Source: a virus
UHGV virus genome: UHGV-0225074
Reading direction: 5' to 3' (one strand)
Length of the DNA: 64,000 nucleotides
Position numbers and translations under genes: made by a program. This document shows, piece after piece, positions 61,601 to 64,000 of this stretch; within the stretch, counting starts at the first letter, position 1, and the number at the start of each line of letters is the position of its first letter. The notes beneath the pieces are model-generated. The model saw nothing but the letters and a program-made list of their open reading frames with translations, was not told where the DNA came from and did no database searches.

Positions 61601-62080
61601 TTAGTGCAAGGTCAGAAATACCGTCAACAGGCCGTAGAGAACTGCCGCCAGGAGAAACCAGCGGTTATTGGAATTTCTGAACCAGTCTTTTACTCGGTAT
61701 TTTACACCTAGCGTTTTCTTGTGTTCACTGATAATCCTATCCAACGATCTATAGAGATCACGAATAGAGGCTTCGAACCCTTCATAACTATCAAAGGCCT
61801 CTTCCAGATGTTCTGGATCGAGCTTCCCCATGTCTCCAACACGAAAAGTGTAAGTTGTTGGTCTTATGGTATTTGAACCCCTAGTGACATCCAGACGACC
61901 AACTTTGATAGAAAAAAGGATGCCGTTTTTGGCATCCCTTATGACGAGAACTCGTTCTTCTGTCACAGGCTCCCTTACGAGAGCGATGCAACCTTTTGAG
62001 TTTTCTATAAAACCCTTTTCCAGCAGAGTATGCCAGTGCTCTCGAAGGATAGGGTGTTCACGTACAATCTTTTGAAACAT
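61601..62080 (-). CDS. hypothetical protein
   Basis: SD AGGAGG; 159 aa. Confidence 0.5.
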   Translation of the reverse strand: MFQKIVREHPILREHWHTLLEKGFIENSKGCIALVREPVTEERVLVIRDAKNGILFSIKVGRLDVTRGSNTIRPTTYTFRVGDMGKLDPEHLEEAFDSYEGFEASIRDLYRSLDRIISEHKKTLGVKYRVKDWFRNSNNRWFLLAAVLYGLLTVFLTLH

Positions 62081-62152
62081 ACTAACCTCCTATCTTAATG
62101 ATAGATCCATTTTATCATGAAAAACAGGGTTATCATATAAGATAGGGACGAT

Positions 62153-62383
62153 TCAGCACTTAAAACTGCACTTGGGACAAGGACAAGATATTCCGTGGAC
62201 GCATAAACCAGTGCCATCTTTTCTGACACCCGTGCCACCACAATTAGGACAAGCGTCGTGCATGCATTTCACAGTTCCGGTATCACCGGGAGAAGGCCAG
62301 ACAACTTTCTTGATGCCTTGCTGCTCATAATAACGGTCTTGCAGGATCTTGGCCTGCTCTGCGGTCAGTGGTCCATAGCTCAT
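62153..62383 (-). CDS. zinc-ribbon small protein
   Basis: CPNCGGTG...CPCPKC. Confidence 0.5.
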   Translation of the reverse strand: MSYGPLTAEQAKILQDRYYEQQGIKKVVWPSPGDTGTVKCMHDACPNCGGTGVRKDGTGLCVHGISCPCPKCSFKC

Positions 62384-62556
62384 ACTGTATACCCCTTACA
62401 TTGTAGCCAAACAAAGAAATCCTCCAACCAATCTTCCTGATCTCTGGTGTCGGGCCAGTTCTCAGGCTCTTCGGAGAGATTCCTGTGCATTTTATATTCT
62501 GATTGCCATTCGGAAATCAGTTCTACCATTCTACCCATAAACTCAAGCTGTCGCAT
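62380..62556 (-). CDS. hypothetical small acidic protein (58 aa, not in ORF track)
   Basis: SD GAGGAG before ATG 62556; ATGA overlap with downstream gene. Confidence 0.4.
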   Translation of the reverse strand: MRQLEFMGRMVELISEWQSEYKMHRNLSEEPENWPDTRDQEDWLEDFFVWLQCKGYTV

Positions 62557-62773
62557 TTCTTCTCCTCATAACATAGTGGATTAAGGCCCCGAAGGGCCAT
62601 GCAAAACCAATGGCAAAGCAGATTTCAGACCAGTCTCGATCTGTACGGGCTTTATAAATCTGCTTCAGGACTACGTCCTTTTCCATCTTTACTGAGTATA
62701 CCACAGCAATTATCGCATATGCAACACCAAAAAGTCCTACCAGAGCTTCAATCATCCCATCTTGCTCCAGCAC
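62543..62773 (-). CDS. small membrane protein
   Basis: 76 aa, two TM helices. Confidence 0.45.
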   Translation of the reverse strand: MLEQDGMIEALVGLFGVAYAIIAVVYSVKMEKDVVLKQIYKARTDRDWSEICFAIGFAWPFGALIHYVMRRRNATA

Positions 62774-63822
62774 ATGTCCTGAGCCGTCATGAGGACCCTT
62801 GCAAACAGGTCAAGATCCGCCATTTTAGGAAGTTGTGTCTTTTTGTACAAATCTTCCCGGATATAACGATCCTTCTCGTCAGCCCATGAGAGCAATTCGT
62901 CAAGAGTCCATTTACCTGCCCGGATGTCGAGAAGTTCCTGAGCATCAGGACGCTTCACGAGTACCTTACCCTCAGAAAGGATCTCTTCCGCCATACGCAT
63001 CAGGCGTACAAGGTGCATCGCGTGTTTGGTATCATAACCAAAGTCAACTTCGAGCTGATGACGAACTTCGTTTCGGTTCTGTTTCCATGTCCAATAGTTA
63101 CGATGCTTCTCTTTGGCCTGTTTGTGTTCCTCTGCCAAATATTTGACAATAAAGACAGGTTTTCTCCGCTTGTCAGAATCAGAAAGTTGCTGATAGTCAA
63201 CATGGCGAATTGAACCGTCAGCATTGAACATCCCTGAGCTACTGAAGTTTTCCATCACCCCATAGATATCGTTCCCATAAGGTACAAGGATACACATATC
63301 GTTGAGATTGTTCATTGCTTCCATGAAGCGATCATGTTTAATTGCCCCAGCAAGGAACTCGTTCTCACTATAGTTGTGAACTAAGCGGAAGAACTCCTTT
63401 TGCGTAGGCTTTGCCTCTGGCTGAGGATTGCTGATCCACTTATCATGACCGCGAATACGCTTAAGCTGTGCCATCGCATAGCCAGAAAAGGAGAACGCTA
63501 CCTTACTGGTCAGTAGCGCCGGAGCCATTGTGCGAAGATATTCATAAACTTCAGAGGTTTGCAGAATATCCTTATCATCGACAAACATCAGTTCGATAAT
63601 GTTGGGGTTCATCTCTGCAAACAATTTCATGAAGTTTGTCAGCTCATAAATCTTCCCATCTTCTTCATCTTTCAGTGTCTGCTCTTTGATGTTAAAGAAC
63701 GGGGTGCGAATGAATTTAGGAGGGGCGCAGAACAGACCCCGGATATCCACATCACTAGTTGGCAGATTTGTGCCATAAGCCAAACTTCCTGAGTGGCATC
63801 GCATCACTTCGAAATTTTCCAT
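62752..63822 (-). CDS. Pol-beta-superfamily nucleotidyltransferase
   Basis: N-terminal HSGSLAYGTNLPTSDVDIRGLF (GS...h[DE]h[DE]h signature); SD AAGGAG before the second ATG (63822); 356 aa. Confidence 0.6.
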   Translation of the reverse strand: MENFEVMRCHSGSLAYGTNLPTSDVDIRGLFCAPPKFIRTPFFNIKEQTLKDEEDGKIYELTNFMKLFAEMNPNIIELMFVDDKDILQTSEVYEYLRTMAPALLTSKVAFSFSGYAMAQLKRIRGHDKWISNPQPEAKPTQKEFFRLVHNYSENEFLAGAIKHDRFMEAMNNLNDMCILVPYGNDIYGVMENFSSSGMFNADGSIRHVDYQQLSDSDKRRKPVFIVKYLAEEHKQAKEKHRNYWTWKQNRNEVRHQLEVDFGYDTKHAMHLVRLMRMAEEILSEGKVLVKRPDAQELLDIRAGKWTLDELLSWADEKDRYIREDLYKKTQLPKMADLDLFARVLMTAQDMCWSKMG

Positions 63823-63831
63823 CATCTCTCC

Positions 63832-64000
63832 TTAGGAGGTTACCAGTTTCATCGGGCGTTTCATATCCCAAAAGTTCAGGAGGCCCTGACACAGTTGCTT
63901 TGTGGGCAGACCATCTTTATTCATCGGGGCTTCGTCACGCAGACGGCGGATCTCTTCAAGCAGAAGGATCACCTCATCTGGATAATAACCAGTAGGCTCT
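63832..64000 (-). CDS. 3' end of a gene that starts beyond the window
   Basis: Open minus-strand frame from the window edge to TAA at 63832-63834 (...FWDMKRPMKLVTS*). Confidence 0.4.
   Translation of the reverse strand, partial: EPTGYYPDEVILLLEEIRRLRDEAPMNKDGLPTKQLCQGLLNFWDMKRPMKLVTS

Overview
The window looks like part of a large virulent enterobacterial dsDNA phage genome, with no integrase, transposase, tRNA, rRNA or CRISPR found. I could not place it in a phage family: the rIIA/rIIB-like pair with T7-type replication proteins and NAD genes is reminiscent of Felix-O1-like or rV5-like myoviruses, but this is unconfirmed.

Layout:
- (i) 1-2.1 kb, plus strand: a tail-fibre-like gene with a bidirectional terminator at its end.
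- (ii) 2.1-35.6 kb, minus strand: a long replication and metabolism block.
- (iii) 35.7-52.0 kb, plus strand: a block of small early-type genes behind a strong sigma70 promoter that diverges from block (ii). Its distal half (43.7-52 kb) shares a GAGGTAAA ribosome-binding motif and GC-rich ACCAGGCCGGGG hairpin terminators.
- (iv) 52.1-54.0 kb: a 1.9 kb non-coding region packed with inverted and direct repeats. The plus-strand block terminates into it from one side and the next minus-strand block from the other.
- (v) 54.0-64.0 kb: mostly minus-strand small genes including an HNH endonuclease and a Pol-beta-type nucleotidyltransferase, plus a short plus-strand island at 59.7-61.2 kb.

Contents of block (ii):
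- An SSB-like protein ending in the E. coli SSB tip DDDIPF.
- A PnuC transporter plus NadR-like NMN adenylyltransferase/ribosylnicotinamide kinase (an NAD salvage pair).
- A family-A (T7 gp5-like) DNA polymerase, a gp4-like primase-helicase and a Dda/Pif1-like helicase.
- An rIIA-like GHKL ATPase with an rIIB-like partner.
- A SleB-type secreted cell-wall hydrolase and a bactofilin-like beta-helical repeat protein.
- An Rnl2-type RNA ligase and a macro-domain protein.
- A CobS-like AAA ATPase, whose CobT-like metallopeptidase/VWA partner sits on the other strand at 36.9-38.3 kb.
- A SpoT-type HD small alarmone hydrolase.

Most interesting observations:
- A cluster of putative host-takeover and anti-defence genes: NAD salvage, (p)ppGpp hydrolase, macro domain, RNA ligase and the nucleotidyltransferase.
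- Two repeat-rich non-coding regions (43.1-43.4 kb tandem repeats; 52.1-54.0 kb repeats and iterons) that are candidate origin, packaging or terminus sites.
- A regulatory cassette (TATGCAAAAAAGTGAAT ... GAGATCTC) present in three copies in front of successive operons.

All functional calls rest on motifs I read in the translations, with no database search, so families are stated at motif level.
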